64,000 nucleotides of DNA from Raillietiella orientalis (lineage: Eukaryota): the NCBI GenBank assembly GCA_036172245.1, contig JAYWIR010000063.1, positions 496,001-560,000 of the forward strand. Direction: 5' to 3'. Shown here one piece after another: positions 50,373 through 63,077 of this stretch. A model generated the notes under the pieces. It searched no databases, was not told the DNA's origin, and was given only the letters and a program-made list of their open reading frames with translations. The stretch's first letter is position 1. Each line of letters starts with the position of its first letter. Made by a program: the position numbers and the translations under genes.

Positions 50373-50529
50373 TAAGAACCTGTCTTGAAAGGAGTTAAGC
50401 AGCCAATTTAGCAAGCATAGTAATAATTATATTAAAAGAAATATGAGCTTTTGAAATAAGGGGAAAATGTTCATAATCCTTGCGCATGAGTCTCAAATTT
50501 GAAAGCCAAGCAAACGTTCTTTCAACAAC
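50373..50529 (-). mobile_element. Bacterial IS5-family (IS1031-like) transposase 3' end with probable right IR
   Basis: VVERTFAWLSNLRLMRKDYEH..MLAKLAA* followed by GACAGGTTCT. Confidence 0.8.
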
Positions 50530-50735
50530 CTTCGTATCATAGGTTTATTGCTCTAAAACCACGGGTTCTATAGCATTTAGCAATGTTATTGCAATGGTTA
50601 TGTGAGCAAGCAAAAGAAACAGGTATTTCTTGTGTTGATTCAACTCCTATCGCGGTTTGATATGTGGAAAGAATCTTCAAAAACAAAGTTTTTGCTGGAA
50701 TTGCAAAATTAAGCAAGTGCTCTTATGGCTGAATT
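50529..50735 (+). mobile_element. Bacterial IS982-family transposase fragment
   Basis: PSYHRFIALKPRVL*HLAMLLQWLCEQAKETGISCVDSTPIAV*YVERIFKNKVFAGIAKLSKCSYG*. Confidence 0.85.
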
Positions 50736-50740
50736 TTAAC

Positions 50741-50980
50741 TGCAGATTTCAGTGCATGAAACCCCTCTCCTTTTCTCCAATATCCATAAACGTAATCTTC
50801 AGTGTTGTCAATTCCTGATTCATCGATGTACACGAGATCATCAGGATTTTTTGTTGCTATAATCTTTACAAATTGAGCTCTCTCTTTCTCACTTCTTTCC
50901 TCACAGCCGTAGATCTTTTTTTCCTTTTGAATCCTGTGTTTTTAAGTGCTTGATGAATTGTCTGTCTGCTGATGTTGCAC
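50741..50980 (-). mobile_element. Bacterial IS630-family transposase fragment
   Basis: ISRQTIHQALKNTGFKRKK /A-run frameshift/ YGCEERSEKERAQF..LVYIDESGIDNTEDYVYGY..GEGFHALKS. Confidence 0.85.
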
Positions 50981-52799
50981 TAAAATCCGACTCCTTCGCA
51001 AAATGCGCATGTCCATAGTTATTGTAGGTGTGATACTTACTGCAACTGATGCTGCCACTGAAGCCCTAACTTCTTATCCAACTCAAGTAGAAAAATTTCT
51101 TCTTCCTTACGAGACATTGGTTGATAAATACGCTGAAAAAGACTGGACAGAAGAAGAACGTGGAATTGCAAATGAGTTTACATCACACGCACGGTCGATC
51201 CAAAAAGAGAAAGAATTAGCAAAAAAAGACAACAGAGAAGCAAAAATATTGGAGTTAATGCAGAGTTTGGGGGGGTTTCCTTACACCGTCCATCTCTTTC
51301 TCTCTTCCAGCTCTTCCCATCTTTCTTCTCCTCTGCATCTTCCTCCTTCATCTTCTCCTCCTCCTTTGCATCGCTGCCTTGTCTAGTGATCGACAAGTGG
51401 AACTTCATCTCACGGAAGGATTTTACCCGGAAGGGAAGGGTTACAACAAACAGAAACCGTCATCACCTGTTTCCGATGATCTTTCTGACATCTCGGTTTG
51501 CAAGCAGAAACTCTGGTTCCATCTGTCTGTGGCACTGACCGTTGATTTCGTAAGCATCCACGAGAAGCGCACGTACTTCCTTCTCGAGAGTCCCTCTGAT
51601 GTACATTCCGATTTTTGCTTCCAAGCGCGCTCTTCTCCACCCGGCGAAGACGTTGCAAAGTGTGAAAAACGAATGTAAGTGGACGGGCCACTTCGGAAAG
51701 GCGTGCGAGACTGAATTAAGATGCGAATGTATAAGGAAGGCAAGCAACCCTCTTTCTTCATTGCGTGCGCGCACCTTTTTTTTTTTTTTCTCAGGATGCA
51801 CGCCACTCTGTGCGCCCGTACGCAACTCGTAATCTTCACTTTCATAGGCATCCACAAGCCCGCATACCACGGATCTTTTGCATCCCATTCGGTGTACGTT
51901 TAGGTTTTCTCGTTCTTCCTTTCCTCTTAAAACCTTCATCACCGCCATTTCACTCACTTCTACAGCCTCAGCATCCTTTCGCCATCGTTCGGCCCTCTCT
52001 CATTCATGATCTTCTCCTCCCTTATGTCATGCGCACACCTTTTTCCTTCCTTCCGTCTTCCGACTATCGTTAACGTTCCAAACACTGTCCTTTTTCTTGT
52101 GTCCCCTTTTTCATTCCCGTCTTTGTTTTCCTTCTGGATTTCTTCTTTCTTCTTTTCTCCATTCCCTCCATTACCCAAACCATTCTCACTCTCCATTTTC
52201 ATCTCCTCTTCTCCGTCGCCCTTCCCTTTCATCCTTAATCATCCAAGTGTTGCGTCTTTCTGCTGTTTCCGCATTTTTCTCCACCGACTTGTTCTTCGCG
52301 CTCTCTTTCATCTTCCCTCTCTGCACGCGTTTCCAACACGGCGCGTTTCCATTCTTCTGTTCTCCTTTCCTCCGCCCCCCTTCTTCATGTTGAGACTGTT
52401 TCGTGTCTACGCATGGATTCAAGATGATCTGGCAGAGAAAGATGCAAAGAAATTTGTGCATATTTCCATGAACAATGAACCCGTGCTCTACATTTTCTAT
52501 TCTCTCGAAGATATCCGCATAAATCGGCCAGAGTGTGTCCCTGTCCCGTATCAAGAGGAACACGAATTCCTATGAGATCGGCATACTGCACGGGCAATTT
52601 CCGCCACACCAGAAGAGATCGAGAACCCCAACCGTTGACATGCTGGAAGCACTTTACTCTGCAATTGAGATTTCGTTCCGTATCGTACTCTTGACTGTTT
52701 CTGCATTCACCAAGGTGGCTGCTCGACTAACACGCAAACGTTCGTAATACTGATTATCAGTCATGGAAGCTCTCTGAAGTCTTCAATTTCCTTTGCACT

Positions 52800-53520
52800 T
52801 GTCCTCTAGAGTTCGAAGGTGATTGGTTCAGAACCGTTGAGGGATTTGATGTGGTTCGGAGAAAACTAAAGTTTCTTCTGGAACGATGTCTTCATTTTGA
52901 CGAGAAATCTGAACGTGCAGATGTCGTGAAAAACGGAATGCATCCGTTCCTCCTCTTTGGTGTGCGAATGCATTTTTCCACATCCCTCTAAGTTTACATT
53001 TCTTTGCGACTCCGAAATTCAAATTTTTAATCACCTCGAATGCTTTCCCTCGGAAGACTTTATTTCGTCGTTGTGATCACAAACCTTCCACATGGGAATT
53101 CCACCTTCAGAACATCCCACAATTCCCACCATCACATCTGAACACTTTAGTAGTGTCTTTCCGACTCGCATGCTGTGAAACACCAATCCGTGGATTGGGA
53201 AATCATTCGCGAGCAATCCAATGAACATATGGGTGATTTTTTTTGCTAAAATTGGAATCTTGTATTTCCATGTGAAAACACTTACGAGGGTGTATTCTGT
53301 TTGTAGTACTTCTTGCGTGCGAATTGCCGCCACGTTTACAGGTGGGTAGATGCAGCATAAAGTGCACATTCATCTTGAAAATGCACTCAGACCAAGTTGT
53401 ATGCGTTTCTCCAATGATCTTTCGAGAAATATATTTCCACGCGCGCATTTGTGAGTAATGTTCCAGCAAAATCTGATTCACGTGATTCATCTTCCTTTTT
53501 TGCAAGTTGTTGATGGGAAC
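52800..53520 (-). pseudogene. Possible decayed C2H2 zinc-finger array
   Basis: Fragments KCFH..NFSKKNHPYVH, FRCDGGNCG, KCKL/EGCGK across frames. Confidence 0.22.
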
Positions 53521-54479
53521 TGAAGAAGGATTCATGCAGCACCTAATGAAGTTTTCTCGGGTAATGGCTTTTCGATTACTTGGAATTTCCTTTTGGGAAT
53601 CTCCTGTCCCTAACTGACCAACTGCTCCAGTGATACAGTCAACCAGATAGAGTCAGTTAATGACACAACAGAGTCAACCTGTGAAGGAGAACCAGAAATT
53701 TCTGAGTTATGTTTCTCCCAACCTATCAAGGAATTGACAACAACACGCCATGGCAGATGAAATTAATCATAGCTCATGGAATGAAACATCGCCTGAAGCC
53801 AGTGCTCAATTCTACTTTGCTGTGAAAACATCATATTGGCAAATTTTTTTCCTCGGGTGTAATCATGCAAGCAAGACATTGGGACCAACGAATTCCTGCC
53901 TTCCGAAATTACAAAGCACGTTTTTTGCGGTTTCCCCTTTTTCATTGGGGGTCGATGAGGCTCGCGATCGTTTCTTACGCTCCGTCCACTGTACAAAGCA
54001 AACTCAAAAGACGCTTGCTAGTGAGCCGTACAAAGGGAAGCACTTGGGTAGGAGATAAAGTGTTGGCGTCCGAATCGCATACTTTTGTACGCCTCACTTG
54101 CAGACTTTCCCTGACATTGGTACACCAAGGCAGGCAGCCTTTCAGATTTCCAAAGAAAGCGGCTGTCAGTTTTCGTGTCGAAACAACCGATGACCAGGCG
54201 AGAAAGGCTCGTGAACTGCACTCAGTTTTACGTTTTCTTTTGAAATAAATTGCAGTGCATCTTTTATGAAATCACGTCCAAATATTCTGCTGCTCACCAG
54301 TGTATCCGAAGAGTGGAACCAATTCTTTTAGATGTACATGAATCTTTCTATGTCCTTTGCAACTGCTCGATGAAACTCGAGGAAATTGCTGAATCAATAA
54401 GAGGATCATGTGCTTACCACTTCGGATTGATCTGAGAGAGTCAACAAGAAAAGAGAGCAATAAAAGGTAGTGCGAATTG

Positions 54480-57400
54480 ACAAAAAAAAATTGTCGATTC
54501 GTTTCGATTGTACAGTACGGCGATTACCTGCAATCGACCTCCTTTATGGTTACCGATATGTTGCTCCTACTCCTGGGAGAGATGTGGCCATCTTGCGATT
54601 ATTTGCAAGAAAAGGATTACCAAAGTTGAGGACTGCATCTTCGTCAGGCACGCCTCGTTATATCAATGCCTCCGAGTGGACGCCACACAGCTGCGATCGT
54701 CGCTTAAACGCCCTGCCGCTGCTACTGAAGACGCCTCTCGTCCCGCTTCTTGCAGTTTATTTCTGCCTTAAATGAGGCAGTTTACTTCCCGCTTCGCTGG
54801 TTGAGTGCTTCCAGATGAGAAAGATCAGCTCTGGAATAAGTTGTGTATACGAGGTCCGCAACAGCTTCCGTGGACTGCGCATCCCATCTCCTGTCGCGGC
54901 ACTCGAGCGCGCTTCTTTTTCCAGAGGCACGCGTACTACGCCCCGCTACAACCGTAAATCTTTCAGCACCCTCAAACTGCCTTTTGGATTCTGGCAGTGC
55001 AGTTGGAGAAGATTATAGCATTTCAGATGTTCTCTTGCATCAAAAGGACCGGTTGCTGCAGCTGATGGCCATATTTCCTCAGGCTAATCTCGTTCGTCAC
55101 GGGATTCGACGAGAGTACTTCGCGTCCGGACGCTCTTCTAGCGAGAAGCCTTCTTCCTGTGTTCCTGTGCACGGCATGGTCCATAACCTCACCACAAGGG
55201 CAAGCTTTCTAAACTGGAGCTGAAGCTCCAATCTCTCCAGCGTAAGGAGGCACGGTCCACCGTTCCAGCGCTAAACACACAATTCTTTGAATGGAACACG
55301 CGACCTCTCTGTGCACCCAGTAGAAATCCGGTGAAGAGGTTCTCAGTCCGATTTATGGTGGCGACTGCGCTCTTTGCACTGAGGAGAGCAAATTGTCAGT
55401 ATTAACGACTGAGATGCGAAGAGGTGGCTGCTCAAGCAGTCCGGGTCGTTCTTTTTGGCTAAGAGTGGAAACCTGGCTGAAGAGTAGGAGGCAGGTACTT
55501 GGCCTGTCTCCCGATCATCAGCGCTAATCCCTGTGAGTGAGTTCTGTCGCAAAGAGTTTGGCAAATTCTGCGAGGAGCTCGTGCGCAGGGTAGGAAATTT
55601 TGCCTCCGCAGCCTCCAATGGCGGCTGGATTCGTTTGATTGGGAAGTGTCGCGCCAGCCGGCTGGAAGCCTCCTCCTCCTGCAGCATGCGCATGGTTTCC
55701 TCGAGCAGCTCTGTAGCTCATTCCTGATCGGGAGGCGCACTTGCTTACAATGCTGCCTTACCACGCGTCCTGCCTGCTTCGTCGCAGAACAGAATTGGCC
55801 GTCAGAATTTCGGCAGGCCTGCTGCACCGTCTGCCAGGGTTGTTCTCTCACCAGAGTCGTGTAACATCGGCCTGGTCTCCAGAATCGCGATCCTGCAAAA
55901 AGCTTCCCTGACAGGCTTCTTTTCGACGAAACCGCTAAGGTATGCGAAGGATGCCACCATCATGGAATCTTTATGGTGATGTCAATCCGTTACCGTGTCG
56001 ATGGAACAGTCCGTCTGGATGATTTGGAGTTCCTCTTACCTTACCACTGGCTGATTTAGACTCCGGACATGCTCCATGTCTTCGTCTCTGCAGTAGCCTG
56101 AACAAACTCGATGCCGTTATGATCTCACGAGTGGACTTTGCGTGTTCTAGTCATCTCATTCGCAAACAAAGGTTGGCACCGGGGTATACCTGGTCGAAAG
56201 AGTAGGAACTTTCACGCTTCTCTGCCCATGGATTCGTGACGTGCACCTGCACACATATTTTGATATTTTATTGACTTGTAGGCGCAGACTTGAAAAGCGC
56301 TTCTTCTAAATGCAGACAAATCAGAAGGGATTTTCCCTAATGTGAGGTCTCATTCCAAAGTGCGTTGTTTGCCATCAAAGCTGACCGCAACCCCTCCAGA
56401 AAGTCAACCTTGTCCTCATAGTATTCAAAATAGAAGGTAGCGTGGTCGCTCGTTATGATGAGTTTCATTGCATGAGGTCACTTGATCGGCGCCGACCCAT
56501 CCGACTGTCTTCGTTGAAGAGAGAAGCTGGCATCACCTCACTGAGGTGAGGATTGGGAAGAGAGATGAGACTCGAAAGGTGCATCCAAAACCGCACTTCG
56601 CCTCAAAGGATTTCTCCTGAGGATTGTTCGAGAACGCAAATAATCTGCATGAAGAGTGTGCACCTCCTGCAGGGGCACGAGGTGGGAATTGAGGAGATAC
56701 CCCGAAAGGGTTCACCACTTGGTGCACTTCCACACGGGCCTCTGATGGTCGGCGCATTCTCGAGCGCTATGTTTACGGAAGTTTTCCACACAACTGCGCC
56801 AGGTGAGGATTTTTCGCTTTATGAAAAAAGAGGCCTACCAAAGGGTAGCAGCACGTTCGGTTCTGCCACGTTGATCACATACAAAACCTGCCGACAAGTC
56901 GCGTCTCAGACCAGAGCAATTCACCTCGGCGGCATAGGGTTAAGGGTCAAAAAAATGAAACAAATGCAATAGGAATGTAAATAAGAAGACCTCTCGAAGG
57001 ACCAGAAAGGGATACTCACATGTGGTCACAGTGGCTGAACTTCTCATTGTGCCTGCAAAGAAGACTCCGGCTTGAACGCTTTTCCACCTGAAGTGGTTGG
57101 TCGCACAGTCTCTGGAGGAACTGTAGCCAGAGACTCATCTTCTGAGGAAGCAAGACTGTGGATGAACACGATTCCCTGTGCGTTACGTCAGACACTCTAA
57201 CCCTTCCCAACATTTCCTCACTGGGAACTACTTTCCCCCAAGGAGATACGGGGTGCCTTCCTCGGTGCGGTCCAAGTGGTTTTATCGCGCTAAAAGTACT
57301 ATATTGGGGAGTCGGACGTGGATACTTGATGTTCCAGAGACCGTGAGGTCCTTTTCGAAGGGGTCTGTGACCCTTCGGAAGAGCCAGTTCCGAGAAGTTC

Positions 57401-58300
57401 ACGCGCAAGGAAAAAGGTTTCAGTAGTGTTCTTATTTGCCACCAGCCGCTTTCCTCGGCAGGCATCGTCGTGGTCACTGGAATTGCTGTTTCCATTGCAT
57501 GCAGTGCACTTTCCTCGTTTGTTCCCTTCTCGGTACCATTTACTTCGTGTTCAATGCTCTTTCTGGAATGCTTCTGGCTTTCTGACTTTAGTGAGTCATT
57601 TTTTTGAGGCAGTTCACTTCCCAAAAGATTGTTTGGCTACTAGATGAGCCGGAAACATCCACTGAATCTTCGAATTCCTTAGGCGATTTGAGCGCGAGTA
57701 CCTTTTTTACGACGGCGTTCTTCTTCCTTGGAATTGTAACTGTCGTACATCCTTTTCTCTTGCGATAGTTTGCCTCGTTGCCTGCAAATGCCAGATTACG
57801 GCAGCTTGAACACAGCGAGTGAACCTGGTGTTCGTTTCCCGTGACTTCGCAGAGTGCGCAACTTTAGGCCTGAAGACGTACTACATGTCGACGATTTCGT
57901 CGTGGATGCACAGTTCCTGTAACTTGGTCGAGGTATTTCCTGCACGCCTACGCGTTCTTCCAGATCACTGAATGTGCTGGGAGGTTTTTATAGCACCTCT
58001 TTTGCGCCAATCAGGAAAAACAGCCTCAAACCTTCATAGTGCGGTCACCACCGCATCCTTCTGCACATCGGCAGAAACACCTCTCGGATGGATCAACACG
58101 GATTCGCCCTTGGGGATTGGAAAGGTGGGGACATCCCTTCTTTTTACACACATTGTCGACTTGAGTAGGCGGTGCACTAACACTCACTACATTTGTACTG
58201 AATAGCTCTCCCCAGCTGCCACTTGCAGGCGTTACCAGCACTCGTCGAGCGCACTCGGAAATGTTGAAATTCCTGAAGGAACGAAATGGAAAAGAATTTT
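54480..58300 (-). mobile_element. Old A-family LINE relic (G) with RT core deleted
   Basis: RVPFKELCV*RWNGGPCLLTLERLELQLQFRKLALV (~55190-55300), LAEFAKLFATEL, ISVVNTD; ORF1 remnant HDEIVDM*YV..PK (~57880). Confidence 0.7.
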
Positions 58301-59299
58301 GATATCGGATCCACTTTTATTCAAGGGCAACTGTTGCAACCATGGACAAAAGAAGTCCTGGTCAGCAAGCTTGTTTTTATCCCTGCTCGTTGAGGCAACC
58401 ACTGCCTCCGGAGAGGTCTCCGATGTGACTTTTGCCACAGGCAATTCGTCAGGCCCAACTTTTGAAATTTGCAGGAGAGTCAATTCACTTTCAAGAGACA
58501 TCCAAAATGTGAAACCTCTTTTCGCCATCCAGGTCTCACTTGGAATAAAAAGCCGTTGCTCACCCTGTGGGATCAGCCACAGGGAGAGCGAGAGACACCC
58601 TCGCCGCTTAAGCACAACCTGGTGAAAAGGCGCTCCTTATAGAGCACGACCCAACATTCCCAACCACCAGAGCGGATCCCATTGCCCGAGAATGTGGAGT
58701 TGCAGCGTTCGCCAGCTCGCTCGCTCCTCGGCTGTGAGCTGCTTCCGCACCTCCCATCATTCGGAAGAACCACTACCCCACAGGCTGAATGTCTTCCTCT
58801 TAGCGCAGGCAGGGCTGTGAGGAGCTTTTGCCTAAGTGGTGGAAGAAAAAAAAGAAAAACTCGAGAGGCTGGTTGTCATCGAGAAGAATCATCAATCCAT
58901 CGACGTAAATCCCGACAAAGAAGCTATCCATCACTTCGGTCTGCGCAGTGTTTGGTCTGATCCTGTTGAAAGGAGAAGACCTGGCTCAGCAAGAGGTAGC
59001 AGTACGAAGGACTCCTTTGAACGTAAGGCCTCACAGCAGATTGACTTGCTTGTTACACGGTGTGCTTTGAAGAGCATTTCGATGTCTTTGAAGAAACTGC
59101 ATGAGGGCACAAAGGAAGCGGATGCCAATACAGGGTGATTTGCTTCTTTCCCCGCAACCTCATTCGAGCGAAGCAAATCTGCTACAGTAATTCCTAAACA
59201 GTGGGATCTTCAAAATCCATGTGAAGCACAACAAAATATGCGTATCTCCAAAATATATGTTCTCTCTACGTAAGGGAGAAATCCCCTCGACCGCTGCTC

Positions 59300-62200
59300 A
59301 CCTTCTATTTGGGGGTGCTGTGGATGAGCTGCTGCTTTCACGGAACGTGTGAGAACAGTGCTGTGCCTAGACCACGCTAAGATAAAAGTTGACCAACTAC
59401 GCAAAAAAATGCAGCTGTGCACCGGAAACACTTGCGAGAATTTTCTCCAACAAGGAACAAACACATCTTAGAAAATGTGATTGACATCTGTGAAGATGAC
59501 GCCGGTTTTCTTTTCCAGCACTTGCGTCCAGGTTTAAGCATTTCGCGATAACTGCATATGAGATGACCTAATCGCGTAGCCGGAAACACTTGTACATCGG
59601 CGGAATCTTCATTTATTCTCGAAAAAGAGCGCTCACCTCGCAGTTCACCCTTCCAGTTTACCTTGCGTCTTGTTGCTGAATCGAAGTCTCCAGTAGGGAT
59701 CAGTAGGCAATCCACAAAAATTCAAGAGAAATGATTCTACCGAGGATGCACATGGTGAGAGTCTTTTGCATTCCTTTCTCTTCAGTCAGGAAAAGCCTGA
59801 CTGGCCACTCTTCATACAAACCTGCGCACAGGAGCGCAGGTTCGACTGGTCGACTTGTTTTCCTCCTTTTCTCCTCCTTCACGACAGAATAAGTCAATTC
59901 TCCTCGGCCTGCATCTTAGGATGTTTGCGCAGTAGGGGATTCCTACTGTCAGGGCTGCCAACGGCGAATCGCGACAGGTGACAGTTCGCTCCTTATTTAC
60001 GCATTGGAACTCTCAACTGTTTCTCGAACCGCTGTCGGATGCAGCAAGCGCATTGTAACTACTGAGAGGTAGCACAGTGAGATGCGGTCTAAGCTCATCT
60101 TTGTTCCTACCTTGCATTATCACGATTAGAAGTGTGCTAGGATTCTAACCGATGTCATAGCGACGTTTCTTGTTAAACTCCCTAGCTAATGCATTAGGTG
60201 CGCTTTCGGGACTGCTTCTGAAAACTCCTCACGAAAGACATCATGAGCAGCAGACTCATAGCAAAGGAGTCCGATGCTCAGGATGCATTTCCGGTGAAAC
60301 GCCTGATTTCGGAAGGACTTTGAGATTGACGCGCATCTCAGGATGAGATCTTAGTTGTCTTGAAAGCGTAGAGACACGGAACTGGACGTGTTTGTTGAAA
60401 TCCTTGAGTTGCTGAAGTGCGACCGCAAGCAATGCGCTGTGCTGCAATATCCACAAACACTTTTCGTTTCTCACGAAGATTCCCACGCTCATGGGTAATC
60501 GAGGTGGGTGCATGGCAATTGGGTTCTTTTGCTACTCCGAATCGTGGAACCTTCCAGAGATTATGCAACACGTTGGAAAATTTCTCAAGGAGATAAATCA
60601 TACGTTTCAGCTGCTCCTGCAGGCGCCAGTCCTTTTCTTGGGAATGAACATGTCTGCAGCAAACTCTCTGAAGCCCCGCCTGTACAACAGTGACTTGAAA
60701 TTCCGGAAACCCACTGGGAACTGTTCATTTGTCCTCGAAATTCCAAGTGGTCACAGTGAGCCTATGGATGTTTGCAAGCAAGGATGGGGCCCCGACATAC
60801 GGCCAACAAAACATGTAGAACGATGCTCTGTCGATGTCACGGTAGGATGACAATTCGCTCTGAGAAATGTCATATTGGATTTGTCAGAATGAACGTGAGT
60901 ACCCGCAACAAATAACCATCATCTTCACTGGACTTGCCAAGGGCTGTGTTTGCACATTCTCACCTGAAAACGGGTAAGAGACCTCCCCATTTCTGCATCG
61001 AAGCATCGACGTTGCTTTGCCCCCTGTGCATTGATATTTCCTCACGAATACGAGATGCAATTCTAATTGGGTCTGTCCTGCGTCTGGATGCGATTTTCAT
61101 CACAGGATGAACGCGCAACTCGGTGCTTTCCATCTTCCGCATTTTGAAAGGCATGAAAGCATGTCGCTGATCAGCGATGCTGTCTTTTCATGGTCTTTCT
61201 ATCACCTTTGATAAACTTGCAAGGCAATGGAGCCTCGCAACGGTTATCAACTTGGCTGTGTGGCTCGGGGTAGCAAACTTCACATTACGATTTTTCCTGA
61301 TTTCAACATGATTTCTCAGATGCAAATGCCAAAGTCTGGATCCAAACTTCTCGTGAGAATCATTTATTCCGTTCACAGAATTCACTGCATGAAAGCACCC
61401 AAACCACCATTCATAGAAAACCTCTTCCAAAGAGCATGTTTTTTATTTTAACCAAAACTTTAATTATTTCAGTGAGGAAGTAAAGGTGAAGGAAATCATG
61501 ACAATAACAACTCCGTTCGCTGTAGATTGCGTGTTTGCTGTGAAATCCAGATGCTGGCTGGAATTCACGCCATATGTTTTTGAAGACGAATACGAATACG
61601 ATGAAACGCACTGATAATGAGAGAAGAAGTTATCATTTTTGCTTTTGTAGTGATCAAATAAACAGTATATCGTTCTTATTTATTCGCATTTCCTAATATA
61701 GAGGAACCATCGAAGAAGCCCATCAAACCGCAAAGCATTCAAACGTGAGACCACCAGGTCCGTGTTTTTCCTTTCATGTCCCAACGAACAGCAGTGCACA
61801 CATCAAAGCCAGGTCGCAAGCGCGGTGCGTGCGACTCAAAGGTCATCTGATCATCTGACCTGTTTGTGCACAGAATTCAGTACTGTTACTGGAAGCTATG
61901 CAGATGGGCTTAACTGATGGCTCCCTACAAGGATATTTCTCGGCGTGTTGCTCGATGAATGGGGAGTGACCTCGCGGCTTCGCCGTTGGAAAGCACATGC
62001 GGCGATGGGTGGGTTTCCAGAATCTGCAGCCTGCGGCAAGCAGCCCAATAGCGATGAATAGACGGAAGGGAACGAAGCTGACCAATTAGGATATCATCCG
62101 CGATGCAGAAGCAGTGATGTCTCTACGCTGCTGGCACGTATATCCGAAAATAGGTGAATTGATACGACAAACGCAAATGTTGCACCTTGAGTCACTTATA

Positions 62201-62520
62201 TTCGAATGGTGATAATAATCTGCACAGAAAACTTCAGAATAATGGCGTCGCATTCAAATTCCGTGAATTTCAGCTAAAGCTAAAATGAGCATGTAGAACC
62301 TTCTCCTGCTTTTTTGTATGCAACCTGGAATTGCATCGGCGAAATTATATCGGAATTCCAAGCATTCTTCAGCTTCTGTATCACTTGAAAACAACCAAAG
62401 TTACGTGTCTCTGTGAAGCATTGGCACCTGCCTTCTCAGAATTGCAAACTTGAGATGAACCAGACTAAGCTGCTTTTTTGAGTTGTACGTGCACTACTCT
62501 CAGAAGTGTGCGTGAACAGA
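59300..62520 (-). mobile_element. Very old LINE ORF2 relic (H)
   Basis: CTYN and CFTET (EN-like), LEEVF, TAKL..LSKVI..IADQRHAF, FAADMFI..QLKRMIYLLEKFS in colinear order. Confidence 0.4.
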
Positions 62521-63077
62521 AATTTCTGGATTTGCCTCCAGTAATCTCTTCTGTTTCGAGCCAGAGTTGAAGTGAGCACTCGGGAAATGACGAAAGCTAA
62601 GCCAGGCTTCTGCAGCAGTCACCTTAATTCTTGCAATGACATGCTCCCAATTCGAGTTTCTTCTCGAAACTCACGAGCTTTTCTGCAGATCATGCAGGTA
62701 AAACATCGCAAGCATGCCTGCTCGAGCTTCCATACTTCCCACAGATGATGCATCCTAGGCGTCTTCACGGTGAATTGAAAGAATTCTCGCAACGAATGTG
62801 TTTCTGGAGGAAGTTGTTGGGAAAAATCTTCGATGGATCACGATGGCATACCCGCATTCCTTTTCACCAAGTTCTTGCCAGCTGGGGATTTCGGGGGCGA
62901 TGGAAACGTTTCGCGTGCCCAGCGTACCCCACTCAGGTGAGCAGAGGCAATGTTTTACCGATTCTCCTTTCCGATGACTTCTCTGAAGTATCTCCCAAAA
63001 TCTTCCTTGCACTATTTTCGACTCTCTTGTCTCCGGCCACCTGCACCATAAACAGTCTCGCCACCTACTGTCTTCAT

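Noticed and set aside
51003..51386. cifA/cifB fragment
   Set aside because: No recognisable similarity to the Cif sequence I can recall
53700..54470. Additional plus-strand LINE RT relic
   Set aside because: Only faint motifs (KTLGP, KVLA, FGLI); too weak to call
52600..63000. Endogenous viral element
   Set aside because: No viral polymerase or capsid motifs seen; most of it is explained by LINE relics
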